Made by a program: the position numbers and the translations under genes. This document shows, piece after piece, positions 13,670 to 27,974 of a DNA stretch of 64,000 bases (within the stretch, counting starts at the first letter, position 1; every line of letters begins with the position of its first letter). Below the pieces are notes generated by a model. It saw only the letters and a program-made list of their open reading frames with translations. It was not told the origin of the DNA and made no database searches. This DNA comes from Chrysomallon squamiferum (lineage: Eukaryota > Animalia > Mollusca). The stretch is from positions 5,146,001 through 5,210,000 of the forward strand of contig CM022677.1 of NCBI GenBank assembly GCA_012295275.1, given 5' to 3'.

Positions 13670-15750
13670 TAGAATCAGTGAATAAAGTCAACTTATTCTC
13701 GTGTCTTCACAATTTTTCTCTAAAAAAATTCAACTATTTTATGAAAAAATTAAAATAAAGGGAGAGAAAATAGTTGTTTTTCTTTTTAATATTGAATGAA
13801 CAGACATCTGTATATTGCACTTCTCCTTGAAAATAAATGGATAATGTTACTGTTCCCAATTAATATTTTTAATGATGAAGGTTACAAATTTCCAACATAT
13901 AAATTGTAACCTATTTTCACAAATACCATATCTTTTCATGAGAATTTATCAAACTTTAGTTTTCATTGATAATTTTTCACAGCATAACAAAAAAAAGGAG
14001 TAAGTTTAATACCCATCCTCAGTGCAACTTAGATTCCTAAGAAATGAATTTTATTAGCAACACCACAGAAAATAATGATCATTATTTGTTTTGAGAAATA
14101 TATACAGGTATAATTATTATTTATGCAGGAAAATATTTAATTATTTATTTTACCATTTCACAAGCAAATCTGGAAATAAAAACCCTAATTGTTTACCACC
14201 TGTTATTTATTTATTTTTATTTTTATTTTTATTTTTATTATTTTAAATTCTTGACAGTGATAGAGATAATTAATAAAAAAAGAAAAAAAGTAACCTAATA
14301 TTTGCAGCAACAGTTAAGTTTAAACAAAACAATTTCAGCATTGAAATATTTACTCATTATTATTATTAAATCAGTTTTGAATACATATGTATTTACATTT
14401 TCACCATCAATAGCAAAAATCCAAATTTATTAAATATGAAACAATGAAAAAGTTGCATTTACCAAATATACGTATTAGTGAAAAAGTAAGTTACATAAAA
14501 TACACTCTCTGCTAATTGCACTAAATATTCTATTTTCTCAGTTGTAATAAAAACATTTTTGAAAATTAAACCAATTATTTTATAGTATTTTTATTTATTT
14601 ACTGTTTTATTTTGTTAAAGTTTTGGAAAGCTGACAAAGCAGCACATTAATTTTGAAGTTTTATTTATGTCAAGAGTTAAGAAAAAATGTTGAAGATGCA
14701 CCTACAGGATGTTGATATCAGACTGCTCATTTTTGAATCACAGAAATTATAATCAGAATCTCCAGATAAAGCATTTGCCGTTCTGAACTATACAAATTAC
14801 AAATAATTATAATTTCAATCCCTTTGAAAAACTGTTAGCAGCATTCTGAAGTGTATTTCCACAACATAATGTATAAAAAATTGTTTAGTAATGTCCATTT
14901 TTCCAAAAAATATCAAAAGGTTGAAATGCAAGTCATTTATAGTAAAGAAAACCATGTCATTCATGGTGACAAAAGACAATAGTATAATTTAATACTTGAA
15001 CTGCTATTGCTGTTTGGCTGTCATAAAGTTTATCTACCAATACCTACAATCATTATCACATGGCAGAAAGGCTTACTTCATCATTCTTCATTATCTGTTG
15101 AGTATCCCTGTCTCAGCTGTTATGATTGAATACAACTAAGATGAGAAGTAATTTTCTATTTGATAAACCAGAAATTATATTGATAATTACAGACAGTAAT
15201 AGTTTATTACTAAAGAAATATTTTTATTTCTGTAAGCAGATTAATATTATTTTCACCCAAAAAAAATATTATCAGTTAAGTGAGAATGACCACAAATAAT
15301 TAAAAAAATGGATTTATGATGGAGAAAAAAGAAAGACTAACTAGTAAATATATAGAAAAGTAAAGTCAGCAAACTTTAAAAGAAAAGTTATATATAAATA
15401 AAAACATCTAGAGATAAATGTTCTCAGTTGATTAATACCAAACAAGAAAGCAATTACAGGTATGAAATGTACTTGTTATGTTAATGTCTTTTTTGTCACT
15501 CAAATAAAACTAGACATTATTGATAACTGTTCATCGGAAATCAATAAGAATAAACTGGAAATGTCAAAATCTACAAAGAAAAGGATATAAATGACTAAAC
15601 TTGAGATTATATTTAGTTTCTAGATTAAAAATTACCTAGAGCTGCAGCAGCCAGTAAATAAAAATATTTGTCTTTTGTCTTTACTTTAATTTCTTTTTCT
15701 TATTACTACAAATTCAGTTAAGCTTTGTCTTAAAACAGTTTCCACTATAC

Positions 15751-16115
15751 CTTTCACTGGCAACCATTGAACTATATGCACTGTCAAGAACAGCTTTCGT
15801 TAGCAAAGTCGCCATTCTATCGTCGTTCATCAATGCCGAGTTCACTAAACACTTTATCAGGATGAACCCTTCACTTTCATGCAATGATAACGCTATCACT
15901 ATTTCTTTTTCCAAATTATAATATTCTGCTAACACTTTAATTTCATCCATCCATCTGCTGTACGTTTTGTAACTTTCGGTCGGCGTCTTCAGATAAAAAA
16001 GAAATTAACAAGAACGCTCTGTACCAAGATAAAATTCATCGTCAAGCCCACACTTACAACGATACATTACTCCAAAAAACATGAATAACAAGCACTCCTT
16101 CCGATAGAGATCCAT
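15751..16115 (-). pseudogene. Isolated first-exon-like coding fragment of an unidentified gene
   Basis: Higher-GC stretch; MDLYRKECLLFMFFGV... then a stop/frameshift into YLKTPTESYKTYSRWMDEIKVLAEYYNLEKEIVIAL...MVASE; donor ag|gtatag at 15750; CCAAT-type motifs at ~16140 and ~16195. Confidence 0.35.
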
Positions 16116-16243
16116 ACACAAATCCAACACCAAACGTAATTGGCTGAATTATAAAACAATAACCTGTGATTTGATCTGTAATAAACATATCCAACCAATC
16201 AGCACTATTATAAGTTCTGCTGCCGTCCAACTCAATTACTGAT

Positions 16244-16700
16244 TAACCATCCTAGTCCGGTTTCCAAACCCCAGATTTGTGGAGAACCTTGCAATACAGT
16301 CCGTACAAAGTTTTTTTGCTGTTTCTATACCTCCGAGATGTGCTCTTTAAGAATCTGAATCATGCCGCTCTGTCATCCTTGGGCAATCCGCACAATATGC
16401 AGATTAAGGCCGCCATTACTGAAAATCTTGTTTTCGTCAATATCTCAGTAACTATGCATCGTATCAAAATAATGTTGGTGTCTATACCCGTGTTTTGGGG
16501 GGAAAAGGATCACATTAAACCATTTCAGTCAAGATCACACCAATATTTTGTGCTGAATAGGCATATTAAGGCCGCCATTACTGAAAATCTCGTTTTCGTC
16601 AATATCTCAGTAACTACACATGGTATCAACATAATTCTGGTGTCTATCCCCGTGTTTTGAGGGGTAAAGAATCAGATTAAACCATTACAGTATTGGTCAC
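16244..16700. mobile_element. MITE-like remnant with 161-bp internal tandem repeat
   Basis: attaaggccgccattactgaaaatc...ggtgtctat.cccgtgttttg...aaaccatt at 16403 and 16564; begins near a TTAA. Confidence 0.55.
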
Positions 16701-16837
16701 ACCAATATTTACAAGATGTTACTACAAAGATTACCATTTTTACTATCTGTTACTTACTACTAGTATTAATATTTTTCCTTACTACATCTCACCCATTAGC
16801 ACTATTACTTACTCAGGATTATCTCTTGCGTTATTCA

Positions 16838-16902
<65 letters not shown>

Positions 16903-17129
16903 TGTGTGTGTGTTTGTGATCACTAATGTACAAGACAGGCCTTGCTTGTATTTGTACGATTAAGAGTAAAGAGCAATTCTGACTAGGACATTTTCAAGAA
17001 TCTTCCATTATCTAGAAAATTCGAAAGTCATATATCTACTAATCCTGCTCTTCACAAAATCCCTGACGTCACAAAATCCCCGAGCTAAATTGACAAAAAA
17101 TAAAGAAAGAAAAAAAAAAAAAAAAAAAA

Positions 17130-17174
<45 letters not shown>

Positions 17175-18998
17175 AATAAATAAATAAATAAAATTAAATA
17201 AAAAATGAAAAACATGAGGGACCCGATTCAAATATTGTTCCACAAAATGATTTTCCTGAATAACAGCTCTGCCTGATCAGTAACGAGCGATTTTTAAAAT
17301 ATTTATTGGAAAGAATCGATTTTATTGACCTAATTCAAAATTAGGCAGACAGATGACATTAGACAATTCAGAGATATATACTGTAGCTCAACATATTTGG
17401 ACGCTCTTTCTGCGTTAGATTCTCCAAAATTATATGAAAATACCAGATACTCCAGGAATAGGGTAACAAGGATCCTATATCACTTACATGGTTACGAAAC
17501 ATACCTTATTAAATTACCACTTTCAGTTTTAAAAGTATCGATTTTATTGCGTCTATTCAAAGTTTTATAACATTTGAATACGATGGCAGGTGCCCGGAAC
17601 CTCAGCATCTGATTGGTTAAACTAATGTTTACATAAACAATTTAGATGTTTTTATTCATTTATTTATTTATTTATTGAATTATTAATTTAAAAACAATAT
17701 ACATTCAATCTTATTTTCTAAAGAGATACTGTATTTTTTCTTTCTTTTTTTGTGTTATTATCTTTGCAACAATAAATATTTTCAGCTGATATTATTCTAC
17801 TGTGAAAATATAGTCTTTTTTCAAAATAGTCTTAGAAGATGAGTTAAACAGACATAGTAGTAATTTTACATTTCTGTAATTAATTCTGAACAGAAGGTGT
17901 TCCTTGGATTTGATCTCTAAGCCTATTAGTTTAAGTATTTGGATTAACCATGAAAGTAATCTCTGTTAAAATTTGAATTTTTAATATGAGTATGCATAAG
18001 TGTCTCTGTGTGGGTATGTTCTTTTATTCAAAATTTCACTCATATTTCATTCATTTATTTCAATTTCTTAATATTTCTTTTTATTCTTTTTATTTTTTAG
18101 TGAAAGTCTTCATACTCTGACAGAAAAGGAAGTAATACCTTTGAAAAAAATGTACAATGGCAGGTTAAAAACAAAAAAAACCCTTTTTCAAAATGTATTG
18201 TAAGAGATTTGTTTGCAGAATGATTAATGATTGATTGTAATAAGTGAGGAACTTTATCAGTTTCTACAGAGTTTCAGGAAAAAGCCAGAATGTTGTTGGG
18301 TTTTTAACCTTGTGTGTATTTTATTATAAATGATATTAACGTTATATTTTGATCAATTCAAAATTTGAATAATTTTCTAAAGTAAGATAGAAGCATTATA
18401 TCTCCACTCAAGATCTAAATATTAATATTAAAATTAAAATTATACTCACGTCATTGAAATGTTATTTTTAATATGCCATATACTGTTATCAACGAAAAGT
18501 AGGATTTCTTCGGTAATCTTATTAGCTATATAACACATCTTGAAAAACAGATATTTTTATTTTATTTTCCAAGTTAGCGTCCTTCTCACAATATAATGAT
18601 CGTCTTTCATGTTATGTTATTTTATTATTATGAATATATGTGAAGTGCTAGATGAAGATTGTATTTACTATTGTTTTCATATTACTGACAATTAAATATG
18701 CACTTTTCAGTGTGATTTGTTTCTTTCCCCTTCATCTTTTTTTTTTTTTTTTTTTTTTTAAACGTTGAGTAAAGTGAGATAATCCCGAATGAAATTCCAT
18801 AATGATTCAATAATATGACCGATAATCTCTAATTAATCTAATTTTAATATCCCGTATAAAAACGTGATACAAACTGGTTCTTAATTTGATATCGATGGTT
18901 AAAATGGTCAGCGTAAATAGCGATACTCTTTAGTTAAAAATCACTGTGCTTCTAAAATATTCACGATTTCTCCTTTAATTATATTATAAATAAATCAG

Positions 18999-19048
<50 letters not shown>

Positions 19049-19329
19049 CTCTTTTTTTTTAATAAAGAAGTATTTAGTTTTTAACTGGACGGAAACAAAT
19101 ACTAAGAATAAATATGATAACGTTACGCGGCCTAAAAACAATTTAGAAGTAATTTTTATATCCGCTCTCAAAAAACAATTCTAATGAAACTAAGAGATTA
19201 GCGTCAAAAATGTTTTTACAGAAATAAAGAAAGAAAGAAGGTATTAAAGTTTTATTATTGTTGTTGTTGTTGTTGTTACATAGCTATTGTCAAAAGGAGG
19301 ACTTTACAAATTACAACGCTGAAGTTCAC

Positions 19330-19960
19330 CTTTTAATGAATGTAACGAAAACATTAAATTTCGCATTAATAAAATAACATGTTCATCTTGCTTGTTCTCA
19401 GCTAATCAGTACACACTATCGTGATTTCAGGGAATTAACTCTGATATTTATAAATATAACCTGTACGATATTAACAAAATATGAGATAAACATTTCTCAA
19501 CATTCTTGACTATAAATATCACCGCTAAACCAGCAATTAATTCTCACCTTCTTCTTTTTACAGGTAATTAAGCCGCTTACTTTCATAACGCCATGCAAAA
19601 TTATAATTTATAATTGTCAGTAATATTTAATAGATTATCTGTGATTATCAATATTTTGAGTAGTGTATATAACGTTTAAGTTGCACGTACAGTAAAATTA
19701 CACCTTTTATTATACGATTTAGAATTAATAAAATACCACGTTATTTTAACAAAACGAACGTTTCGTACCTGAATCTCAGGTTATTTTCATAAAGTTCTGC
19801 TGTATATATATATAGTATTTTTTCTAATACTGTTAATTAAAAAAGAACACCCGCTGTATTTTCCAAAACAGTGTTTTAATATTAGCTACACCTCTGCTAA
19901 GAAAAATAATAATTTAAATTCTGATTGCAGCGTTAAAACGTTTTCATAACGCCGTGTAAA
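19330..19960 (+). repeat. Dispersed duplicate block, paralogous to ~60580-61265
   Basis: Colinear matches such as cttg.ttgttctcagctaatca, ctgtacgatattaacaaaat, gattatctgtgattat, acgtttcgta.ctgaatctca, gctgtattttccaaaaca. Confidence 0.85.
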
Positions 19961-20800
19961 GTTAATCCTAGTTTTTCACTGAATCATGTTTCTGGTGTTT
20001 ATAAAATGTCACACTAGATGCGCCCTCTTTATTTCTCGATATATTTTTGACGTCACATATAAAGCTACTTTTATTTATAAAAACATCTATATTTCTGAAT
20101 GTTCACAGTGAATCATACCTGTAATTTTCAGTATAATTTGTCATTTAACTAACTGAATATCATCTCATTCTAGAAGGATAGATGAGAAATTCAGAAATAA
20201 GGAACCTTGCAGATTCCAGTTCTCTGTTACTAACCAAATCAGGATTAGTTTTTAGCTGCCCCTGAGTTTCTAATGATAATTAACTAGTGATTTTCTTTTT
20301 CTAGACAGAGGTATATTTAAAAAGCTGAGATTATAATTTTCAAATATTAGTAAATAATTAATTATATATGGAGTGATATTCATCTTTTTAATTTCAAGGC
20401 GAGACGTAAAGTATAAATATATATAAAATTAAGCAGCGAAACTAATCAATGTAAATAGTGTATTGTCTTAATAAAAACACTATGTTATTTTTGCTGAGTA
20501 CAAATTATTCTGCTTTAATGTAGTAAACACAGCATAAGTTCCAATGCGGAATATAACATTAATATCACATGTTATCATACTTTCACTATAACCTCGAAAG
20601 TTGCTAATGAAATATCGTTGTGAGTCTGGTAAAATGATCAGTGTAAGTAGCGGTATCCTTAAGTAAAACCTTATTTTTACTTGTTTACAATACAACTGCG
20701 CTCGTTTTACAAACTAAACGTAATAGCTTTGTTTACATAACGGACTATCATTTAAGTTTTCTTCTACTTTTTATAAATAATAATAATCGTAATAATAATG

Positions 20801-20861
<61 letters not shown>

Positions 20862-20900
20862 CAACAACAACAACAATACTACTACTACTACTACTACTAT

Positions 20901-20932
<32 letters not shown>

Positions 20933-21294
20933 ATAATAATAATAATAATAATAATAATTAAAACAAATAATAATAAAGTATGTTCTATATTTCCCAAAAT
21001 ACAGGCATTCTCTGCAATCGATTTCTTACTAGAAATTATCATTTTAATCTATAGTGTAATATAATTTATGACGTTAATATTGCAACTTCTCGCGTTCTAG
21101 CAGAATGTAAGAATATAGAGAAACGTACAAATTCATAATCCTTTCTAAATCTCTATGAGATAATAAGGGAAAAGTTGAGTGGGCGCGAGATTAGTCTGAT
21201 CTTAGGTTAGACTTGGTCATATCAGCCTTTTTCATTTTATATCTATCTATCTATCTGTCTATCTCTGTTTCCATATATATATATATATATGTCG

Positions 21295-21750
21295 TCTTTC
21301 AATGATCCGTTTCCCCATCCGCCCAATAATCAGGTGTACATCAAGACGTTAAGAACAATACTGAAACGACGGCAATGACGGCCTCATTAATAGAAAGAGT
21401 AATGATATTCTTTTAACGTAGGATGTGGACACTAATTACAATACTTAATAAAAGGCAAACTAATAGGGTGAAGTAACGCCGTTACAACGGTAATGACCAC
21501 GACATTAATAAAGGTAATAATGATATATTTTAACATAGGAAGAGCACGGTCAGACAATAAGAATAACAGCGATTGAAAAAAGAAAAGGAGTACATCAGTA
21601 ACGTCAGGAACATCGCCCGTACCACGGAAACGAGGGCGACGTTAATAGAAATTACAATAATCTATTTTAATAGGTGATGCGCCCGCTGAGAAAGTCTACT
21701 CAGCCACCGAAAAGAATAAAAAATGGTCTTAAACAGGAAGAGCCCGCGCA
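21295..21750 (+). repeat. Degenerate ~150-bp satellite units, paralogous to 61325-62120
   Basis: caataatcaggtgtacatcaagacg.taagaacaatactg.aac.acggcaatgacg.cctcattaataga is shared. Confidence 0.85.
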
Positions 21751-21906
21751 TTTATTATTTCATAATACTAATTATGTATTTCAATATATACATAAATTGT
21801 ACAGACTTATCAAGGGTACAAAACTGAAATAATCGTTTTGAGCGATAAAAATTAAAATATTTGTCAAATAATAATAATAATAGAAATAATAATAATAATA
21901 ACAACT

Positions 21907-21938
<32 letters not shown>

Positions 21939-22394
21939 CACAACAACAGTAATCATAATCATAAAATCAACAAATATTTTATTGTTAATACTAGGGTCGA
22001 TTTAGGGTCTAGGGGAAGTAACTCTAAATAATAACAACGACAATCCCAGTAAGATTCGAAAATTAATACATTAATCTTTCACCGAATTATAATTTTAGTT
22101 TATTATGCACGCATTTGCACAAAAATAATCCAGTTTGAAACATTTAAGTTGAAAAAGTAGCACGCGGTTTGGTAATATGAATAGCCATCCTTATCTTTAT
22201 CAGTCTAAATCATAAAAAGTTCAGAAAATAGACGTAAAATAATTGAATTTGGAGATTTAAAAAGTTCCGTGAGCTCACGGAAACCTCCGTTCAAAATCCA
22301 AGATGGCAGTGTTTAACAGAGTTGTTGTTATCAAACATAAAGAAAAACGCAGATTACCTCATCTATATTTCAGCAAAAAACTAATTTTCTAATA

Positions 22395-22442
<48 letters not shown>

Positions 22443-22485
22443 GATTATTATGATTATGATTATGGTTATTTAAATTTGATATTGA

Positions 22486-22553
<68 letters not shown>

Positions 22554-23740
22554 ATAATAATAATAATAATCATCATCATCATCATTATCATCATCATCAA
22601 CATTTAATTTATCTTTCTTTTTTATTTCAAAATTCTTTTCATTTGTTTCAACTGGTTCTGTAATTTGTATTATTTCTTTATCTTTTTACTATTTCAGTAA
22701 TATTTTATTTTATGACATTTTATTATTTTTCTATCTTTTTCTATAATTTATTTATTTAATTTATTTATTTTAATGTATTTTAACCTTTGTGTGTGTGTAT
22801 TTCTTTTTATTTCTTCTTATCCTGTGTTTATTCATATTTCTTCATATTGTTTTTCTTTGTTTAATTTTTGTGTTTTCTTTAAAGTTGTTTTATTGGGTTT
22901 TTTTTAACCTATTTACCATGATTATTGTTTCTTGTTATTTTTCTACATTGTCATTTCTTCAAAATCTTGTTTTTCTTCATTTCTGTTATTCATTTTCATT
23001 TTCATTTTCGGTTATTTTAATAAGCAAGATTTTTTAAATATACAATTTACTTGTTATTTTTCAGTTTCTGTACATAGTTATTTTTATTCTTTCTTTTTGT
23101 TTCTTCATATTTTAAATTCTTAATTTTTATTTTAATGACTTTTTTTGTTTTGTTTGAATTTTGTTCACCTGTTCATTAAAGAATTATAATTTTTATTTTT
23201 TATTATTATTGTATGTATATGTATGTATTTATATTATTATTATACTTTTAACTATAGTGTCAATTTATTTATTTATTGTATTAATATTTTCAATCTCTTA
23301 ACTGCATCTCCATCTTTCTAGTTATTTTTCTACATTCTACTAATTCAAATTCTTTTATTTTATTATTTATTTATTATTATTATCATTGTAATTATTATTA
23401 TTTTTTTACAAGCTAGTTATAATTCTTTTTATTATTATATTTCTTCTTCATGTTTCTTTTTATTCAGTGGGGAGTAGACTTTTTTTTTCAGTGTTTTAAT
23501 ATTTCTGTTACTAGTGTTGATGTTCTGTTTTCTGAAAGTTATTATTATTAGTGATTTTTTAGAACCAGTATTATTCTGATAACTTGTTTGTATTTTAAAT
23601 AGTTTCCAAGATTTGGATACATTTTTTATGACAGTTGTATTTATATTCACAGACATGTTTTCTCTTAATTTCAGTGTCTGCTTTTCTGTTAATATATATA
23701 TAATTTCTTTTCTTTCTATTTTTGTTTTTTTATTTCCACA

Positions 23741-26700
23741 GATCTGAAAAAGAAACAGTTGGCATGAACAACACCAGTACCACCATTACTCTCAAGACAA
23801 ACTGATACCACCACACCAACCACTAAAAACTCAAACTCCTGTGCCAAGAAACATCCAGACACACTAGAAAAGAAACCAGAAACACCACCACCCATAGCCA
23901 GAGGTATTTCAGTAAAAATAATGTCTAAGAAATAAAGCAAACAGAAAAAGTTTGATCATGTGATTCGACGTGATTTGACTGACTAATCTTGTTGTGAAAC
24001 TGGAGTTTTTGTTGAAAGCAGCCAGACCAAGACTTAAACTGCCACAAAAACAGATTTAAAAACCTTTAAAAAATATTCAGGTAAATATGTCTGTAAATAT
24101 GTCTTAGTCTATCTGTCTTTTTCTCTTTCTGCCTGCCTCCCTATTTATTTATTTTAGTTCTGTCTCTCTCTTCTTCTGTTTGTGTGTATACCTGTCTATA
24201 TACGTATGTCTTTACTTACTTATCTGTTCGTCTGTATGTCAATCTGTATCTTTATATATCATTTCTTATTTGTTCCTAATTGTCAAGTTTTTAGTTTTTC
24301 TTTCATTTTTCTTCCTTTCTTTTCTTTATGTTTTTTTAAGTTGTAATATTTTTGAAGTATAACAAAGAAAGAAAATGTTATATTATCTTTCTCTAAGTTC
24401 TCTTTTGATAATTCTGAACATAAATTGCTTAAGAATCAGTTATTTAAATTATTTTAAATTTATTTATAGTTTTAATTTATAAAAATGCTCTAAACAGTAG
24501 ACAGTGGATAATTTTTTTTTTTTTTTTTTTTATTTATAAATCTATCTGTCTTCTCTCTGTCTGTCTATATATGTATCTATCATTTATTTATTTATTTATT
24601 TTCTTAGTATTTTAAATTTATTTAGAAGATAAACATACTGAATTACACAATATTCACATTAAATATTAACAACCTTTTCATTATTTTATTTAATATTACA
24701 ACCTACTGAATAATTTAATATTTTATATTTTCGTTAATTATTAACAGCTTTATTTGTGTTTATTTACTTATTTTTTAACTAGGTTTAGAATTTATCAGGA
24801 AACAGTTTTGGACACCAGGATTTCCGACCTGTGTGTTTGGCAATGTGTTCAACAGTGATTTTCCTTAGCCTCACCACCAACAAAACAGACACTGAGAGTG
24901 CTGTGAGTAATCTTACATATAACTGTTATAAAATGTTTTATAATAATAATAATAATAAGAAGAAGAATAATAATTAAAAAAAAACAGTTTAAAGAATTCC
25001 ATATTCATTACATAATGCTTATACCAATAACAAGAAATTATTTTTATATTTATATTTGTATAATTATGAGAAAAAAATCTTATGTTCTCTTCTTGTTCTT
25101 CTTCTTCTTTTTATTATTATTATTATTATTGTTCTTGGTATTGTTATTATTATTATTAATATTATATTGTCGCTGTTATTGTTATTATTATTATTAGTAG
25201 TAGTAATTAGTATATGTAATTGTCCAGTATTATCAGTTAGCTTCCAATATTGCTAATTCTGCTACTACCACTGTTACAACTATTATTCTACTAATAAAAA
25301 ATAGTTACTAACAGTGACTTTCAACACACTAAATCGATTACCAATTATTATTATATATCTATTTACCACTATGTGTGTTACTGCTATTTCTACTGTTGCT
25401 GCTTATACTACAAATGATATTTTTACCACTATTATTACATCTACTACTTCTACTACTACTACTATGGTGTCTGCAATTATTACCACTATTACTACTATTA
25501 GTATTAATACTACAACTATGAATTGAAGTTAATAGAATGTTTGGATGTGTCGAGTAATTCTCTAGGAAATGATTATTTCTCTCATTGTGTCAGTCCAGCT
25601 CTTAAAGAAAACACAACACTGAAAACTCTCAGTTTTCTTCTTCTTATTTTTTTAATCATGTTATTTTATTAACTTTTCTTTATCTGCCACTATTTCACCT
25701 CTCTCTCTCTCTCTCTCTTTACTGTCTTTCTCTCTCTCACTCCTAAGAAACCTTAGCTTCAAGAATCCTAATTTATCATTATATATTTTTAATATTTATT
25801 AACTTTTTTATTTCATTTATTTATCTATTTATTTATACTGGTTTAATTAATATAAATGTATATTTCTCTATAATTTCAGAGCTATGTGTAGGCTCCACTG
25901 ATATGAAACTTCTATAGGTTTTTCAGAGCTATGTGTAGGCTCCACTGACATGAAACTTCTATACCGACTCTAGTAGAAAACATGGACTCACAGAACTAGA
26001 TCTGTCTAGTAATGGATTATCTGATAAAACTGCTCTCACTAAAGACTGGACTCACAGAACTAGATCTGTCTAGTAATGGATTATCTGATAAAACTGCTCT
26101 CACTAAACACTGGACTCACAGAACTAGATCTGTCTAGTAATGGATTATCTGATAAAACTGATCTCACTAAACACTGGACTCACAGAACTAGATCTGTCTA
26201 GTAATGGATTATCTGATAAAACTGCTCTAACTAAACATTGGACTCACAGAACTAGATCTGTCTAGTAATGGATTATCTGATAAAACTGCTCTCACTAAAC
26301 ACTGGACTCACATAACTGGATCTGTCTAGTAAAGGATTATCTAATAAAACTGCTCTCACTAAAGGACTGGCTGCTGCTTTAAGGGTGAGAGGAAGTTTCA
26401 CAACTTAAACAATTTGCTGTGTTCACATGAAAAGTGTAATAGTAAATATTGGTGAAATGTGGTTGTAGTAGTTGATGATAAACAATTACATTAGTTGTTA
26501 TAACAAGAACATCAAATGTGTATGTGAAATTGTGTGTTGTGTAGGTGTGTGTTTTCTTACATGGATATCTGTATAATCTTTAACAATATATGTCTGTCAT
26601 CATCTATCTTTCTCTGGGTATGTATATAAAATTTTGATATTAGTTTAATTTCATTAAAATTATTTATTTTTGTTGACAAGCCGGTGTCTGTATTACTGTC

Positions 26701-27029
26701 TGTGTGTGTAAGTCAGTGTAATATGAGTGACGATGGTCTAAAGATTTGTGTACTGCAGTCACAGAAAATTCTTCTCTCACTGAACTTAATCAGCAGCAAT
26801 CAGGTGGGTGTGTCAGTAAATAGTCAATCAGAACTCAGCCTGATTAACCAATCAGACTATAGATAGAGATTAACTAATGAAACCACATAATGATTAACCA
26901 ACCAATCTTCAGAGAGAGAAATCAGCCAATCAGAATTAATTAGCTCAATATTATTTTTGTACACACTATGCTTATTTTAATCACTGACATTAAATTAGTT
27001 TCTGATAATGTAGATTCTGCACATTGGAA

Positions 27030-27080
<51 letters not shown>

Positions 27081-27208
27081 ATTTGTTTTTATTACCAGCT
27101 GCGATCACTTAATCTTGTATTCAGTTTTTTATCTGAAAGATGCAAAAATTAAACAACCAAACACTTACAGTTGATGGTAAATTAGATTTGTAAAATATAT
27201 GTATATAT

Positions 27209-27274
<66 letters not shown>

Positions 27275-27608
27275 GTATATATATACATTCACACACGTGT
27301 ATTTCATTCTGTAACTATCTAGGTTTGACAAATTTCTCATTATTATATTTTTTCAACTTTTTTTCTTTTTCTGCTGATAGTTAAGATACGTTATCAGGTT
27401 TGTTAATACTGTTTTTCACTTATTTCAGATATTCCAGATTCCAAATCAGTCACAAGTTCTCTACAGGAATTAAGTCTGAACTCCAGTTGTTTAACCAATC
27501 AGCTGTTGAGTTTCCATGGAAAACTCCTTTCTTTGAAAGATGTGGACATTGGAAATTGTCCTGATCTTTCTGTATCTGTCATTGACATTTTAGTTAAACT
27601 TACTTCAG
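23741..27608 (+). pseudogene. Unprocessed pseudogene of an RI-type leucine-rich-repeat protein; exons ~23741-24080, 24783-24902, ~25927-26384, 26681-26812, 27430-27608
   Basis: ag/gt-bounded exons read ...KPLKNIQ|V*NLSGNSFGHQDFRPVCLAM, GLTELDLSSNGLSDK...GLAAALR, VSQCNMSDDGLK, ENSSLTELN.SSNQ, LQELSLNSSCLT...LKDVDIGNCPDL; stops and frameshifts present. Confidence 0.75.
25984..26368 (+). repeat. 64-bp minisatellite x6 derived from one LRR coding unit
   Basis: ggactca at 25984, 26048, 26112, 26176, 26240, 26304. Confidence 0.95.
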
Positions 27609-27974
27609 GTAATTGTTTTTTAAATTTTATAAATGTTTATAATATTTGAATAATTATTCTATATATAAGCCTAATCTTTCTCTATCTGACATAGACAAGT
27701 TAGTTACACCATATGCTAAGAATATTAAACTAAACTTTTTATTATGAAATAATTATATGTAGATATTTTTAATGCATATAAATATTTTGTTTTGTTATAT
27801 ATGTGGAGTTGTATTAATTATTATATATTTGTTATTAAGTTTTTACATATGTATAAACTGCTTGTTTCCTTTTTGCTTTTATTCTCATGTTCTCTGTCTC
27901 TGAGTTTGTCTTTCAGCCCTTTGTAATTAATTTTCTAATTTCAGCTTTACTTACATTTATATTCCTGAGAGTTA

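Noticed and set aside
22295-22395. ccaagatggc (YY1-like) ATG as start of the LRR gene
   Set aside because: Frame closes quickly and no splice donor follows; the motif is common in repeats
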